64,000 nt of DNA from IMG/VR virus record IMGVR_UViG_3300009176_000002, positions 6,147 to 70,146 of that record; one strand, written 5' to 3'. The DNA comes from a virus. Position 1 is the stretch's first letter. Each line of letters starts with the position of its first letter. This document shows, one piece after another, positions 26,531-35,898 of the stretch. The notes beneath the pieces are model-generated. The model had not been told where the DNA came from, searched no databases, and saw only the letters and a list, made by a program, of their open reading frames with translations. Made by a program: the position numbers and the translations under genes.

Positions 26531-27959
26531 TCCGATCGTCGCTGTCGCACCGCACCGCATCTTCACCGGGACGTGCATCCTCGGTGTCCCCGGCTCGGGC
26601 AAGACCTCGCTCATTGCCACGCAGGCAATGTACCTCTGGGAGGTCCACCATAAGGTGCTGCTGCTGTACTCCTGGGACGGCGGCGCCATCCCGACCGCGC
26701 TCCAGAAACTGATGAAGCAGGGGCTGATTCGCTTCTGGCGAGCCCGCACCCGCAGCGCGGAGATGCTCGGCATCGAGACGCTGTATCTCGCGACCAAGGG
26801 GTACTGGCCGCGCAGCATCAATGCCGAGACGGGCGAGACCTCACCTGCGGTCGACTTAGTGCCACCAGTCACGACCCTCTATCGCGTCAGCTGCAAGCGC
26901 ACCGGCGAGTTACTCGCGCAGTTACCCGGCAGGCACCTAGTCGCGCCGACTTACTGCACGCCCTGTAAGACGCTGCACGCGCTGAGCGAGTTAGCGGTGG
27001 CCGAGGACGTGCACCGCACCAAGGGCTTCGAGATGGTCGGCGGGGTGGCCTTTGACGGGCTGACCTCCATGTGCAACGTCGTCATGGAACACATGGACCA
27101 TGCGAGAGGCCAGGGCCAGATCGGCGGCGAGAAGCCGGCGTTCGGCGGCATCGTGGTCAGCGGCTCGATCAAGCTCGGGGGCAACAACCGCGCCGACGTC
27201 GGCTTCGGCCAGAGTCGAGGCCAGCAGTTCGTGAATAACTCGCTGAGCATCCCGTACCTGGTCGAGGGACCCCTGTTCACCGCGTTGGCGATGGAAGCGA
27301 CCGACGAGGGTGGGCTGCCGATTGTCGGCGCCAAGCTCCCCGGGCGAGCGGCGACCGATGAAGCCTCCTCCTGGTTCGGCAACGTCTTCGAGATGGGCAA
27401 GACCACCGACGAGGCGGGCAAGGAGCACTTCGCGCTGTTCCTCCGGCCATTCACCGACGCGCAGAACCGACGCCACTTACTCAAGACCAGCGCTTCGCCG
27501 ACTGGCTTGCCCGACGTGCTGATCGACCCGCTCGGTGAGCCCTGGGCGCAGGCCAACCTCGGCCTGGTCTATACGATGCTCGACGCCGACCTGCGCCGGG
27601 CCATGGCCGAGGAGATTGTCGGTGCCCCGGGGATGAGCGGCACGCCGACAGAATACGGGGAGGGCTTCCACGTCGCGGCTGGTGATTCCCCGGCGGCGAC
27701 AGGGAGGGCGACGGGCGACCTGCCTGCGCTGACCGCGCCGCCGGTGACTGCTACGCCGTCGGCTGCGGCGGTGCCTGCAGCGCCCGTCGTCGGCGCCCCG
27801 GTCGCGCGGAAGCGACCACGGGTCGAGGCACCAGCGATGAGCGCGGGTGGTGTAGGTCCGGTCGCTGATGAGCCCGCCGTGGCCGTGCTCGACCCGGTGA
27901 CGAGCGGGCCGCCACCGCCGCCAGGTCGACCGCCACAGCGGTTGCCGACCATTCCTTGA
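26523..27959 (+). CDS. Sak4/AAA_24-like P-loop recombination ATPase
   Basis: GVPGSGKT, VAFDGLT; lies between exonuclease and SSB candidate; Cys-containing insertion; Pro/Ala-rich tail. Confidence 0.7.
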   Translation: MPDPIVAVAPHRIFTGTCILGVPGSGKTSLIATQAMYLWEVHHKVLLLYSWDGGAIPTALQKLMKQGLIRFWRARTRSAEMLGIETLYLATKGYWPRSINAETGETSPAVDLVPPVTTLYRVSCKRTGELLAQLPGRHLVAPTYCTPCKTLHALSELAVAEDVHRTKGFEMVGGVAFDGLTSMCNVVMEHMDHARGQGQIGGEKPAFGGIVVSGSIKLGGNNRADVGFGQSRGQQFVNNSLSIPYLVEGPLFTALAMEATDEGGLPIVGAKLPGRAATDEASSWFGNVFEMGKTTDEAGKEHFALFLRPFTDAQNRRHLLKTSASPTGLPDVLIDPLGEPWAQANLGLVYTMLDADLRRAMAEEIVGAPGMSGTPTEYGEGFHVAAGDSPAATGRATGDLPALTAPPVTATPSAAAVPAAPVVGAPVARKRPRVEAPAMSAGGVGPVADEPAVAVLDPVTSGPPPPPGRPPQRLPTIP

Positions 27960-28104
27960 GTGAGTAAGTGAGCGAGTAAGTCTCCGACGACGACGATGAC
28001 CACACCGATGACTCCGATGACGACGACGACGATGACGACGACCACGGGCGTGCAATCCCGCGCGTCCTCCGTCCATCTGTCTCACCGTGATCAGGAGTCT
28101 CGTT

Positions 28105-28770
28105 ATGTCAAAGTCGATTCAGGAACTCGCGGGCCTACTCAAGGACGAACCCCTCCCGACCGCCGGCCAGGAACTCGACGATCTGCCGACCTTCGGGGGC
28201 TTCACGCCGCCGCCGCCACCGGGCGCCTATCGCTTCAAGCTGCCGACCGATCTCAGCAGCATCTGGGATCTCATCGACGTCGCCGACAAGCAGCCGCCGC
28301 AGCGGGTGCGGGCCAACTTCGATCGCGATCATCCGCTGCTGATCGTGCAGTCGCCCAAGGGGCTGAGCAACGGCGAACCGTTCGAGACCCGCTTGAGCAA
28401 CAACGAGCGCGGCCGCGGCAAGGGCAAGGAAGTGACCGCCAGCGATCTCGACTACCTGCTGCGCGCGCTCGGCGACAAGCAGAAGCCGGGCAACAACAAG
28501 GGCTACATGCTGGCGGTGCAGAAACACGGCGGCAAGGAGTTCAGTGCCGAGCTGAAATACAGCTGGCGCTGCAGCAAAGACCGCGACATCAGGGCGCGCG
28601 ACCAGTCGGGCCAGGTCCAGGTGGTCGAGGGCAAGAAGGGCTGCGGCGAAGGGTACTACCAAGAAGACGTGCCCAAGAACGCCGACGGCACCGTGCCCTA
28701 CGAGATCACCTGCGGCAACTGCGGCGCGCTGCTGCGGGCGTTCGCGAACATGGACAACATGCGGTCCTAA
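28105..28770 (+). CDS. Putative single-stranded DNA-binding protein
   Basis: FTPPPPPGAYRFKL start and position after Sak4, as for DUF669-like SSBs; AGGAG RBS. Confidence 0.5.
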   Translation: MSKSIQELAGLLKDEPLPTAGQELDDLPTFGGFTPPPPPGAYRFKLPTDLSSIWDLIDVADKQPPQRVRANFDRDHPLLIVQSPKGLSNGEPFETRLSNNERGRGKGKEVTASDLDYLLRALGDKQKPGNNKGYMLAVQKHGGKEFSAELKYSWRCSKDRDIRARDQSGQVQVVEGKKGCGEGYYQEDVPKNADGTVPYEITCGNCGALLRAFANMDNMRS

Positions 28771-28800
28771 ACGCGGGCTGGAGTGAGAGGGGAGGACTGT

Positions 28801-29019
28801 ATGTCGAAGAAACGTGAGCCGCTCGCCGTGGTGATCAACTACTTCACCACGACCGAGGTGGACGTAGCCAACCACGCGCTGACGGTGGTGAAGGAGATCG
28901 TGCGCAGCCGCCAGCCGCAGCCGGTGCGCGGCGAGCGCAACCACCGCAAGAAGCCCGCAGCGGCGCGGCGTGGACCGGCCGACCGGCCGCTGCCGCTCGA
29001 AGGCAACGCGGCGAACTGA
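28801..29019 (+). CDS. Hypothetical protein
   Basis: GGAGG RBS. Confidence 0.6.
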   Translation: MSKKREPLAVVINYFTTTEVDVANHALTVVKEIVRSRQPQPVRGERNHRKKPAAARRGPADRPLPLEGNAAN

Positions 29020-29041
29020 GTTAGGCGAAGGAGGCGCCACC

Positions 29042-29170
29042 ATGGACGACAAGTCGCGTGTCGTGCTCGGGTTTCGGCCCCGCACGGTCTCGGGCTGGTG
29101 GTTCTGGTGGCGCTACTGGTCGCCGCCCGCGATCTGGTGGCTGCGGCTGAAACAGTGGTGGCAGAGATGA
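29042..29170 (+). CDS. 42-aa Trp/Arg-rich peptide
   Basis: AAGGAGG RBS; MDDKSRVVLGFRPRTVSGWWFWWRYWSPPAIWWLRLKQWWQR; ATGA coupled to the next gene. Confidence 0.6.
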   Translation: MDDKSRVVLGFRPRTVSGWWFWWRYWSPPAIWWLRLKQWWQR

Positions 29171-29358
29171 GCAGAGCGAGTCACAACGGTGACGGCGGGT
29201 TGATCGAGGTCGTCCCGCTACGGGGCGGCCCACCCGGCGCCCTGGTGTTGAACCTGAAGATCGAGTGTCCTGAGTGTGGCGCCTACGAGGTGTTGATCGC
29301 GGGGCACCACCTGCGCGCCATCATCCGCGAGCTGCAGGCGTATCTCGTCGACGAGTGA
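29167..29358 (+). CDS. Small CxxC protein
   Basis: CPECG; coupled start. Confidence 0.55.
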   Translation: MSRASHNGDGGLIEVVPLRGGPPGALVLNLKIECPECGAYEVLIAGHHLRAIIRELQAYLVDE

Positions 29359-29368
29359 GGAGTCAGTT

Positions 29369-29668
29369 ATGGAGGGAACCACCGTGGCACCGAGACCAAC
29401 ACGGCCTGGCGCGCGGGTCGAGACCAAGGAACCGCTGACGGCCGCGCGCAGCCTGGGGCGGGTACAGCGCGTCTACCGCGAGCGCGGCTTCGGGTTTATC
29501 CGCTGCATCGACGGCCCAGCGGGCGACCTCGACCAGGACTTCTTCTTCCACTGGTCGGGGCTCGATTGCCCGATCGAGCAGCTGGAGGAGGGCGGCACGG
29601 TCAGCTTCACGCCGACCTATGTGGCGAAGGGCAAGCGCGCCGAGCAGATTCAGCGTGAGGTGGTGTGA
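29369..29668 (+). CDS. Cold-shock domain protein
   Basis: RNP1 RGFGFI, RNP2 DFFFHWS, KGKRA. Confidence 0.85.
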   Translation: MEGTTVAPRPTRPGARVETKEPLTAARSLGRVQRVYRERGFGFIRCIDGPAGDLDQDFFFHWSGLDCPIEQLEEGGTVSFTPTYVAKGKRAEQIQREVV

Positions 29669-29671
29669 GCC

Positions 29672-31213
29672 ATGCAGCGTCAGGTCGCACCGCCTGATCC
29701 GGCGTTGACGTTCGCGCCGCTGCCGAAGCCGCTCTTCGAGCCGCCGGTGGTGCGCGCCAGGAGACGGGCGCGGCTGGAGGAGCCCACCGACGCTGAGGTC
29801 ATCCCCGCCGAGGTGCGCACCGACCGTGGTGGCCTGGAGATCGTTCCGCCACCCGCCCCGCCCGCTGCCGTGGTGCCTGCTCCAGGCGCGGTGGTGGACC
29901 CCGTCGAGCTGTGGCCGGCGCCGGCCCCGATCTTCTGCTACCTGGCGGGCGCCGCGGGGAGTGGTAAGACGTTCGCCACCCGCGACTGGGCGGCGCGCGA
30001 GCCCGGGCTGCTGCTGTGCGCCACGACCGGGGTCGCCGCGATCAACGCAGGGGGCGAGACCGTCAACGGCGTGCTCGGCTACTTCGACACGGCGAACCTG
30101 CAGGAGAACTATCTCAATGGCTTTCTCACCGCGCGGCTGGGCAAGCTGTGGAAGGCGGGCGTGCGGCGGATCGTCCTCGACGAAGTGTCGATGCTAGCCG
30201 GCGACCAGCTCACCTTCCTGGTCAAGGCGATCGAGGAACTGAACGGTCGAGGGTACGTCCTGGGGAAGTGGACCGAGGACGACGACGCGCCGCCACCAGC
30301 AATGGGCCTGACGCTGGTCGGCGACTTCCTGCAGCTCTCGCCGGTCAAGGCGACCTACGCGTTTGAGTCGCCGGAGTGGGAGCGCTTCGCCGAGCATACG
30401 GTCACACTCACCGAGATCCGCCGCCAGGCCGACCCGGCGTTCATCCAGATGCTGCGTGCGTCGCGCTGTGGCTATGGCCCGGCCGTCGCCGAGTACTTCC
30501 TGTCCCAGGACGCGATCCACCAGGAGACCGACGATCACTTCGACGGCCCGACCATCGTCGCCAAGAACGACACGGTCGAGCGGCACAACTACCTGCGGAT
30601 GGCGGCGATCCAGGGCAAGGAGGTGCGCTTCCTCAACACGCGCTGGGGCAAGCAGCGCAGCGAGTGGGGCAACCCGGACAAGCCGCCGCAGACCTGGGGC
30701 ATCCCACAGGAGTTAGTGCTGAAGATCGGCGCGCTGGTGATGATCCTCAGCAACGAGCGCGACGAGAAGCGCGACCTGATCTATGTCAACGGTGACCTCG
30801 GCACGGTGGTCGATGCGACGGACACGACGGCGTGGGTCGAGCTGCAGCGCACCGGCGGGGTGGTCCAGGTGATGCCGGTGACGCGTGAGGTCAAGGTGCC
30901 CGCGGATGGCGCGCGGCGCAAGGAACTCCGCGAGAAGGGCGAGGGCGACAAGATCGACGGCAAGTGGGAGATCGTCGGCGCGATCACCTATCTGCCGCTG
31001 CGGGTCGCCTACGCATCGACGGTGCATAAGTCGCAGGGGTTGAGCCTGGATCGGGTGCAGGTCAACATCCGCGACCCGTTCTTCAGGTCGCCGGGGATGC
31101 TCTATGTGGCGCTGAGTCGGGCGCGCACGATGGAAGGCTTGAGGTTAGTGGGCAGTCCGAAGGCGCTCATCGAGCGCTGCACGACCGACCCGCGCCTCCG
31201 GAGGTGGCTATGA
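29672..31213 (+). CDS. Pif1/RecD-like SF1B helicase
   Basis: GAAGSGKT, DEVSM, GDFLQLSPV, RRQAD, NGDLG, YASTVHKSQGLSLD, YVALSRAR. Confidence 0.92.
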   Translation: MQRQVAPPDPALTFAPLPKPLFEPPVVRARRRARLEEPTDAEVIPAEVRTDRGGLEIVPPPAPPAAVVPAPGAVVDPVELWPAPAPIFCYLAGAAGSGKTFATRDWAAREPGLLLCATTGVAAINAGGETVNGVLGYFDTANLQENYLNGFLTARLGKLWKAGVRRIVLDEVSMLAGDQLTFLVKAIEELNGRGYVLGKWTEDDDAPPPAMGLTLVGDFLQLSPVKATYAFESPEWERFAEHTVTLTEIRRQADPAFIQMLRASRCGYGPAVAEYFLSQDAIHQETDDHFDGPTIVAKNDTVERHNYLRMAAIQGKEVRFLNTRWGKQRSEWGNPDKPPQTWGIPQELVLKIGALVMILSNERDEKRDLIYVNGDLGTVVDATDTTAWVELQRTGGVVQVMPVTREVKVPADGARRKELREKGEGDKIDGKWEIVGAITYLPLRVAYASTVHKSQGLSLDRVQVNIRDPFFRSPGMLYVALSRARTMEGLRLVGSPKALIERCTTDPRLRRWL

Positions 31214-32217
31214 CCACAACAACGTTTACGACGGTCGAAGAGGCGCGTGCCGCGGGGAAGAAGCTGCACGCCTACTGCACCAAGCTGCCGCTGCTGAAGG
31301 ACTTCGTGCAGCTGCGCGCGAGCCATCCGCCGGGCGTGCCCTTCTACTGCGACAAACCCTGGTACGCGCGCGGCGAGCAGCTCATGCTCGCTGTCATATT
31401 CGCCGACGCGACCAATGCGGCCATCGGGCCGGCGGAAGGACAGCCTACGGTCAGGTTCGGCGATGGGTTCAACAACCCCACGCTGCCGTTCGAGCAGCAG
31501 ATCATCCACGTCGCGATCCAGATGGCCGAGGCCACGCCGTTCCTGTGGACGCACGACGTCCTGCGCACCATCCTGGCGTCGCCCCCGCTGCCCCCGCACA
31601 CCATCAGCCCCTCGGTCCTGCCCCACGACTGCATGTTCTGGACGTTCGAGAGTTCTTACGAGTTGTCGCTGGAGTCTCCCGACGGCAAGGTGCACACCAC
31701 CGGCACGATCAACTGGTTGCTGCTCTTCCGAACGGTGGAAGGGCTCGGCGTGATCTGGGATGAGAGCCAGGACGGAACCGGCACGATGCAGCTCTATGGC
31801 GGCTTGTTGCACTTCGGGCAGACGTATCCCGATAGCCTCCCCACGACCAAACGCAGCAGCGCCTACATCTCCGATCTCGCGCTGAAGGGCCTGGCGTTTC
31901 TGGGCTCGCCCTACATCCAGGCGGAGGAGAAGCGCATCGACCGCGCCGCGTTCCGCCGTTGCGTGGCGGTGAATCCGGTCGAAGCGGAGAAGCGGGTCCA
32001 CGTCGTCACGCTGCGCCATCCCGAGCGGCCTGAGGGTCCACCCGCTGACCGGCCCGGGGGTGCGGTGGACTGGAAGGGGCATTGGTGGAACGGCGGCCAC
32101 TGGCGGGCGCAGTGGTATCCCTCCGAGCAAGCGCACAAGGTGATCTGGATCAACCCCTATTTGAAGGGACCGCTGGACAAGCCGCTGCTGGAGAAAGTCT
32201 ACGCGGTGAAGCGATGA
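31210..32217 (+). CDS. Conserved phage hypothetical protein
   Basis: C-terminal GHWRAQWYPS...IWINPYLKGP motif. Confidence 0.7.
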   Translation: MTTTTFTTVEEARAAGKKLHAYCTKLPLLKDFVQLRASHPPGVPFYCDKPWYARGEQLMLAVIFADATNAAIGPAEGQPTVRFGDGFNNPTLPFEQQIIHVAIQMAEATPFLWTHDVLRTILASPPLPPHTISPSVLPHDCMFWTFESSYELSLESPDGKVHTTGTINWLLLFRTVEGLGVIWDESQDGTGTMQLYGGLLHFGQTYPDSLPTTKRSSAYISDLALKGLAFLGSPYIQAEEKRIDRAAFRRCVAVNPVEAEKRVHVVTLRHPERPEGPPADRPGGAVDWKGHWWNGGHWRAQWYPSEQAHKVIWINPYLKGPLDKPLLEKVYAVKR

Positions 32218-32813
32218 TTCAACCCAGCCGCCGCGAACCCGTCCGCCTGGCCTCGTTGGCCTACCAGAAGGAGATGGCCCGCCAGGACGAGGCGGCCAAC
32301 AACGAGCACCTCAGCATCACCCTCGGCTTCCCCGTTACCGAGCTGGCTGGGCAGGTCGACACGTACGCCAAGGTGGTGCACGAGAAGCAAGGCAAGTTCA
32401 CGAACCCACAGCGCTACGGCTATCTTCCAGAGAAGTGCTTCGCCCAGGGGCAGATCGGCGCTGAGCTGTGGGCGGCGCAATGGGGGTTAGCGCCCCATCG
32501 GCTCACGCGCTCCGACGACGGGTTCGATGTGTTCTTCCCGACGACGCCGCCGCTGGTGGTGGAGGTCCGGACGCGCCTGGGCTTCCTCACCGTGGAAGTG
32601 GAGTACTTCCGGCACGACGTGAACTACTACGCCCTGGTGCAGCAACGCGACGTGCGCTCGCCGTTCATCTTCTGCGGCGTGATCACGCCCGCGGCGTGGG
32701 AGCGGATCTGGTTTCCCTTCGAGTGCACCTCCCAGGGCGTCCGCAAGACGCTGGTCGCCGTGAACGCGGCGGACCTCCACCCGGCCACGCAGTTTTACCC
32801 GTTCCAGAAATGA
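32214..32813 (+). CDS. Putative PD-(D/E)XK-like nuclease
   Basis: GQIGAE...DDGFDVF...VEVRT. Confidence 0.45.
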   Translation: MIQPSRREPVRLASLAYQKEMARQDEAANNEHLSITLGFPVTELAGQVDTYAKVVHEKQGKFTNPQRYGYLPEKCFAQGQIGAELWAAQWGLAPHRLTRSDDGFDVFFPTTPPLVVEVRTRLGFLTVEVEYFRHDVNYYALVQQRDVRSPFIFCGVITPAAWERIWFPFECTSQGVRKTLVAVNAADLHPATQFYPFQK

Positions 32814-33021
32814 CGCCCTGGCTCTCGACGCTCACCGCTCGTCTCGCTCAGCGACGACCCGATCAGGTCTCTACAGCCTGGCGCCGCGACCAGCTCCGCC
32901 AGGAGGGCACCCACGGCACCGGCGAAGAACCCGCCTGGGACTGGAACGCGATCAAGCGCCACGCTCGACACCGCGACGACGACCACGACCACGACCACCA
33001 TGAAGCACAGGAGGACTGACA

Positions 33022-33288
33022 ATGCCTGACGATCCGAATCCCTACGCCGACCTCGACGCCGAAGCCGAGATCCTACAGAAGGCGATTACCGACGTCTGCA
33101 ACGATCACCAGGTGCAGGTGGTGGTCGCCGTGCTCAGTGTGATGCTGGAGTGGGCGGTCGTGCGCGGCGTGGACGACGTCAGCGGTCTGCACGCCTACCT
33201 GGAGCTGTTCAGCGCTGAGACGCACAAGCTCTGGCTGCGGGAGCGGTCACGGCTGGGCGGCGGCGGTGCCCACCCGAGCGTGCACTGA
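33022..33288 (+). CDS. Hypothetical protein
   Basis: AGGAGG RBS; preceded by a small ORF at 32810-33019. Confidence 0.6.
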   Translation: MPDDPNPYADLDAEAEILQKAITDVCNDHQVQVVVAVLSVMLEWAVVRGVDDVSGLHAYLELFSAETHKLWLRERSRLGGGGAHPSVH

Positions 33289-33308
33289 GGAGGAGCCAGC
33301 AGTCGCCC

Positions 33309-33881
33309 ATGCCAGCCGCGCCGCTCGCTCTGTCGCGCACCTGCGAGCTGACCGACTTCCCGGGCTGTCTCACGGTCGCGCGTTGGCAGCAGCTGCTGGC
33401 GGAGGAGGCGTGGCGGTTGTGGATCGCCGAGCATCACGTCCTGACGCGGGAGCAACCACTGTGCGTGAACTGGTCCGGCTGCGACTTTGTGGCGCCGGGA
33501 CCGGAAGCGATCTACCGCTACCGCGGCCACGGCGAGGGCAGCAACGGCGACGGGCCGATCGAGCGCGCGGTGCCGGCGGTGTACGGGCTGAGCGTGCTCG
33601 ATCACAGCGAGGCGCCGCTGCGGTTCGTGACCCGAGCCGGGCAGATACTGAGACCGAAGGGGCTGCTGTTCCTGACCTTCAGTTTCTGGGACGCCGAGGG
33701 TGAGGATTGCGCGGAGGGGTGGCGGGACCGCGTAAGAATCTACGACGCGCGGAGTTACACCAAGCTGATGGCGGAGGTCCGGAAGGTCGGGTTCGTGCCG
33801 TTTGGTGGGGTCGACTGGACGTATCACGGCGACTGGCTCGATGACCACAGTCTGGCGAGCCTGGTGCTGGTGAGGCGATAG
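33309..33881 (+). CDS. Class I SAM methyltransferase-like protein, degenerate N-terminus
   Basis: YGLSVLDH, ILRPKGLLFLTF, RIYD; no clear DxGxG motif. Confidence 0.55.
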   Translation: MPAAPLALSRTCELTDFPGCLTVARWQQLLAEEAWRLWIAEHHVLTREQPLCVNWSGCDFVAPGPEAIYRYRGHGEGSNGDGPIERAVPAVYGLSVLDHSEAPLRFVTRAGQILRPKGLLFLTFSFWDAEGEDCAEGWRDRVRIYDARSYTKLMAEVRKVGFVPFGGVDWTYHGDWLDDHSLASLVLVRR

Positions 33882-33894
33882 GGAGGAGGGGGCG

Positions 33895-34286
33895 ATGGCT
33901 GACGAGAAGACCGAGGGGCAGTTCGCGTCGATCGGCACCGACGGGCTGGTGCTGACGGGCGAGGAAGCGCGCGCGCACATGCAGCAACTGATCGAGGAGA
34001 GCGAGGTGATCTTCGCGGTCCTGCAATGCGGGGACAAGGTCGCGGTGCAGATGTTCCGGCCGCCGGACGAGGCGCTGGTGCGCTTCCTCCGCACGCTGAC
34101 GGCGCGCATCGAGGCGGCGCTGGCGTTCGCGCGGGTGCTGGAGGGGCAGGAGGGGCAGGGGCGCGAGTCATGACGTTTGAGATCGGCGGGAACGCGCTGG
34201 CGGCGATCGTGGTCGCGGTGCTCGCGGTGCTGGTGGTCGAGTGGTGGCGGTTCCGCGCCGGGGCGGAGGCGAGGAGGCTGCGGTGA
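33895..34286 (+). other. Two small ORFs (33895-34173 hypothetical; 34170-34286 TM peptide)
   Basis: GGAGG RBS; ATGA coupling. Confidence 0.55.
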
Positions 34287-34489
34287 GCGAGACGAAGAGT
34301 CCCACGCCTTCGCTCCTCCTCACGGTCGAGGACGCCGCTGAACTCTCTGGCTTCAAGTACAGCTCGCTCCTGCAGTGGATGCACGAGGGCATCGTGCCGT
34401 TCGTGCAGGTGCCAGGGAAGAAACGGATGTATATCCGGCGCGACGTGCTGCTCGACCTGATCAAGCAGTGGCAACAGCAGCTGGCCTAG
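34283..34489 (+). CDS. xis: Excisionase / HTH_17 recombination directionality factor
   Basis: LLTVEDAAELSG...LLQWMHEGIVPFVQV; immediately upstream of integrase. Confidence 0.75.
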   Translation: MSETKSPTPSLLLTVEDAAELSGFKYSSLLQWMHEGIVPFVQVPGKKRMYIRRDVLLDLIKQWQQQLA

Positions 34490-34496
34490 TTCATGC

Positions 34497-34524
34497 TGCT
34501 ACACTCGATGACAAGGAGTCATCA
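34497..34524 (+). promoter_or_regulatory. Integrase promoter (TGcTACACT) and operator CGATGAC-AAGGA-GTCATCA overlapping the RBS
   Basis: Near-palindromic version of the repeated operator at 34506-34524. Confidence 0.6.
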
Positions 34525-34527
34525 CAG

Positions 34528-35694
34528 ATGCCACTGAACAAGAAGCTGCGGCGCAAAGGCCCCGGTAAGGTCTGGACGTTCCGCGTCTCCGTCCCTGGGA
34601 AGGGGCAGCGCGAGTTCTCGACCGGGGAGACTGATCACGACGAAGCGCTCAAGGTACTGCTGCGCAAGGAAGCTGAGATCGCCGACGGCGCGCGACCGAC
34701 CCGTGCGGCGAGTCAGTTCACGCTCACCGTCGCGACTGAGCTGCTCACGACTGATTACGAGCTGAAGGAGCGTGACACGCTCGACGGCGCGCTCCGCAAG
34801 ATCAAGCACCTCACCGCGTACTTCGGCGCGCACCGCAAGCTGGCGACGATCGACGCGGGCGCCTGGATCGTGTATCAGCGGCACCGCAAGCAGGCGGGCG
34901 CGAGCGCGGCGGAGATCAATCGCGAACAGGCGGCGCTGCACCGCATGTTCGTCCTCGGGCACAACGTCCGGCTGGTGGCGAGCGTGCCGCACCTCCAGAA
35001 GTTGCCCGAGCGCAACCGGCGCGTCGGCTTCTTCGAGCATGGCGACTACGTGCGCGTGCGCCGTCACCTGTCGCTGGCGCTGCGGCCGATCTTCGACCTG
35101 ATGTACTACACCGGCTGGCGGCTGGAGGAGGCCACCGGCGTGCAGTTGCGGCAGGTCCATGAGGACGGCTGGATTCGCCTCGACCCGAAGGACTCGAAGG
35201 AGGAGTCGGGCAAGGGTGTGCCCTATCGGCAGGTGCCGATCCTGGCGCGGTCGGTCGGCCACTGCCTACGCGAACACACACAGCTTCAGGCGGAGGGCAT
35301 CCTGCCGACGCAGCTGTTCGTCTGGTGGACGACGCGGCGAACCGCCCGACGCGGGGCGCCGATCAAGAACTGGCGCGGGGCCTTCGAGCAGGCGCGCGTC
35401 GCCGCGGGCGTGCCGGGGAAACTGCTGCACGACCTGCGGCGGACGGCGGCACGCAACCTCGATCGGATCGGCATCCCGCAGTCGACGGCGATGGCGATCA
35501 CCGGGCACAAGACCGACTCAATGTGGCGGCGCTACAACATCCAGACCGAGAGCAACGTCGCGGCGGCGTTCGCGCGCGACATCCAGGGGTCGGTTAGGGG
35601 ATCAGTTAGGGGATCGCGCACTATTTCAGGGCAAGCGGCCGGGAAGGCTGGGGTGCGGCTGGAGGTGGTAAGTCGTGGTGGGAGAGGGCGTTAG
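34528..35694 (+). CDS. int: Tyrosine integrase
   Basis: YYTGWRLEE, SK, HDLRRT, GHKT, RRYNI catalytic set; N-terminal arm-binding-like domain. Confidence 0.93.
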   Translation: MPLNKKLRRKGPGKVWTFRVSVPGKGQREFSTGETDHDEALKVLLRKEAEIADGARPTRAASQFTLTVATELLTTDYELKERDTLDGALRKIKHLTAYFGAHRKLATIDAGAWIVYQRHRKQAGASAAEINREQAALHRMFVLGHNVRLVASVPHLQKLPERNRRVGFFEHGDYVRVRRHLSLALRPIFDLMYYTGWRLEEATGVQLRQVHEDGWIRLDPKDSKEESGKGVPYRQVPILARSVGHCLREHTQLQAEGILPTQLFVWWTTRRTARRGAPIKNWRGAFEQARVAAGVPGKLLHDLRRTAARNLDRIGIPQSTAMAITGHKTDSMWRRYNIQTESNVAAAFARDIQGSVRGSVRGSRTISGQAAGKAGVRLEVVSRGGRGR

Positions 35695-35892
35695 GTGGGT
35701 GCCGGAGGAGGGGGTCGAACCCTCACGACCCGTAAGGGTCACGGGATTTTGAGTCCCTTCTAGGCACTCGGTTATACCCCCCTTTTCACCCCACTTCTCG
35801 AAAACCCCAACATAACTGGGCTACACAGAGTTCTGTGTAGTCCAGCTGGTTCTGCGCAGTCCATTCCTGGTTAGGGGATCGTTTAGGGGATC
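35593..35892. mobile_element. attP: attP region with integrase arm-type repeats
   Basis: TTAGGGGATC in tandem pairs at 35594-35615 and 35871-35892 flanking a tRNA fragment; inverted repeat CTACACAGA/TCTGTGTAG at 35821-35840. Confidence 0.85.
35700..35757 (-). tRNA. 3' part of tRNA-Leu(CAA) (att core, not a full gene)
   Basis: Minus strand GGGA-CTCAAAA-TCCC anticodon arm, long variable arm, GGTTCGACCC T-loop, acceptor 3' strand; no matching 5' acceptor or D arm. Confidence 0.85.
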
Positions 35893-35898
35893 ACAATC

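Noticed and set aside
35700-35790. Complete phage-encoded tRNA-Leu gene
   Set aside because: Only the anticodon arm to 3' end is present; the upstream sequence cannot form the acceptor or D arm, so it is an att core
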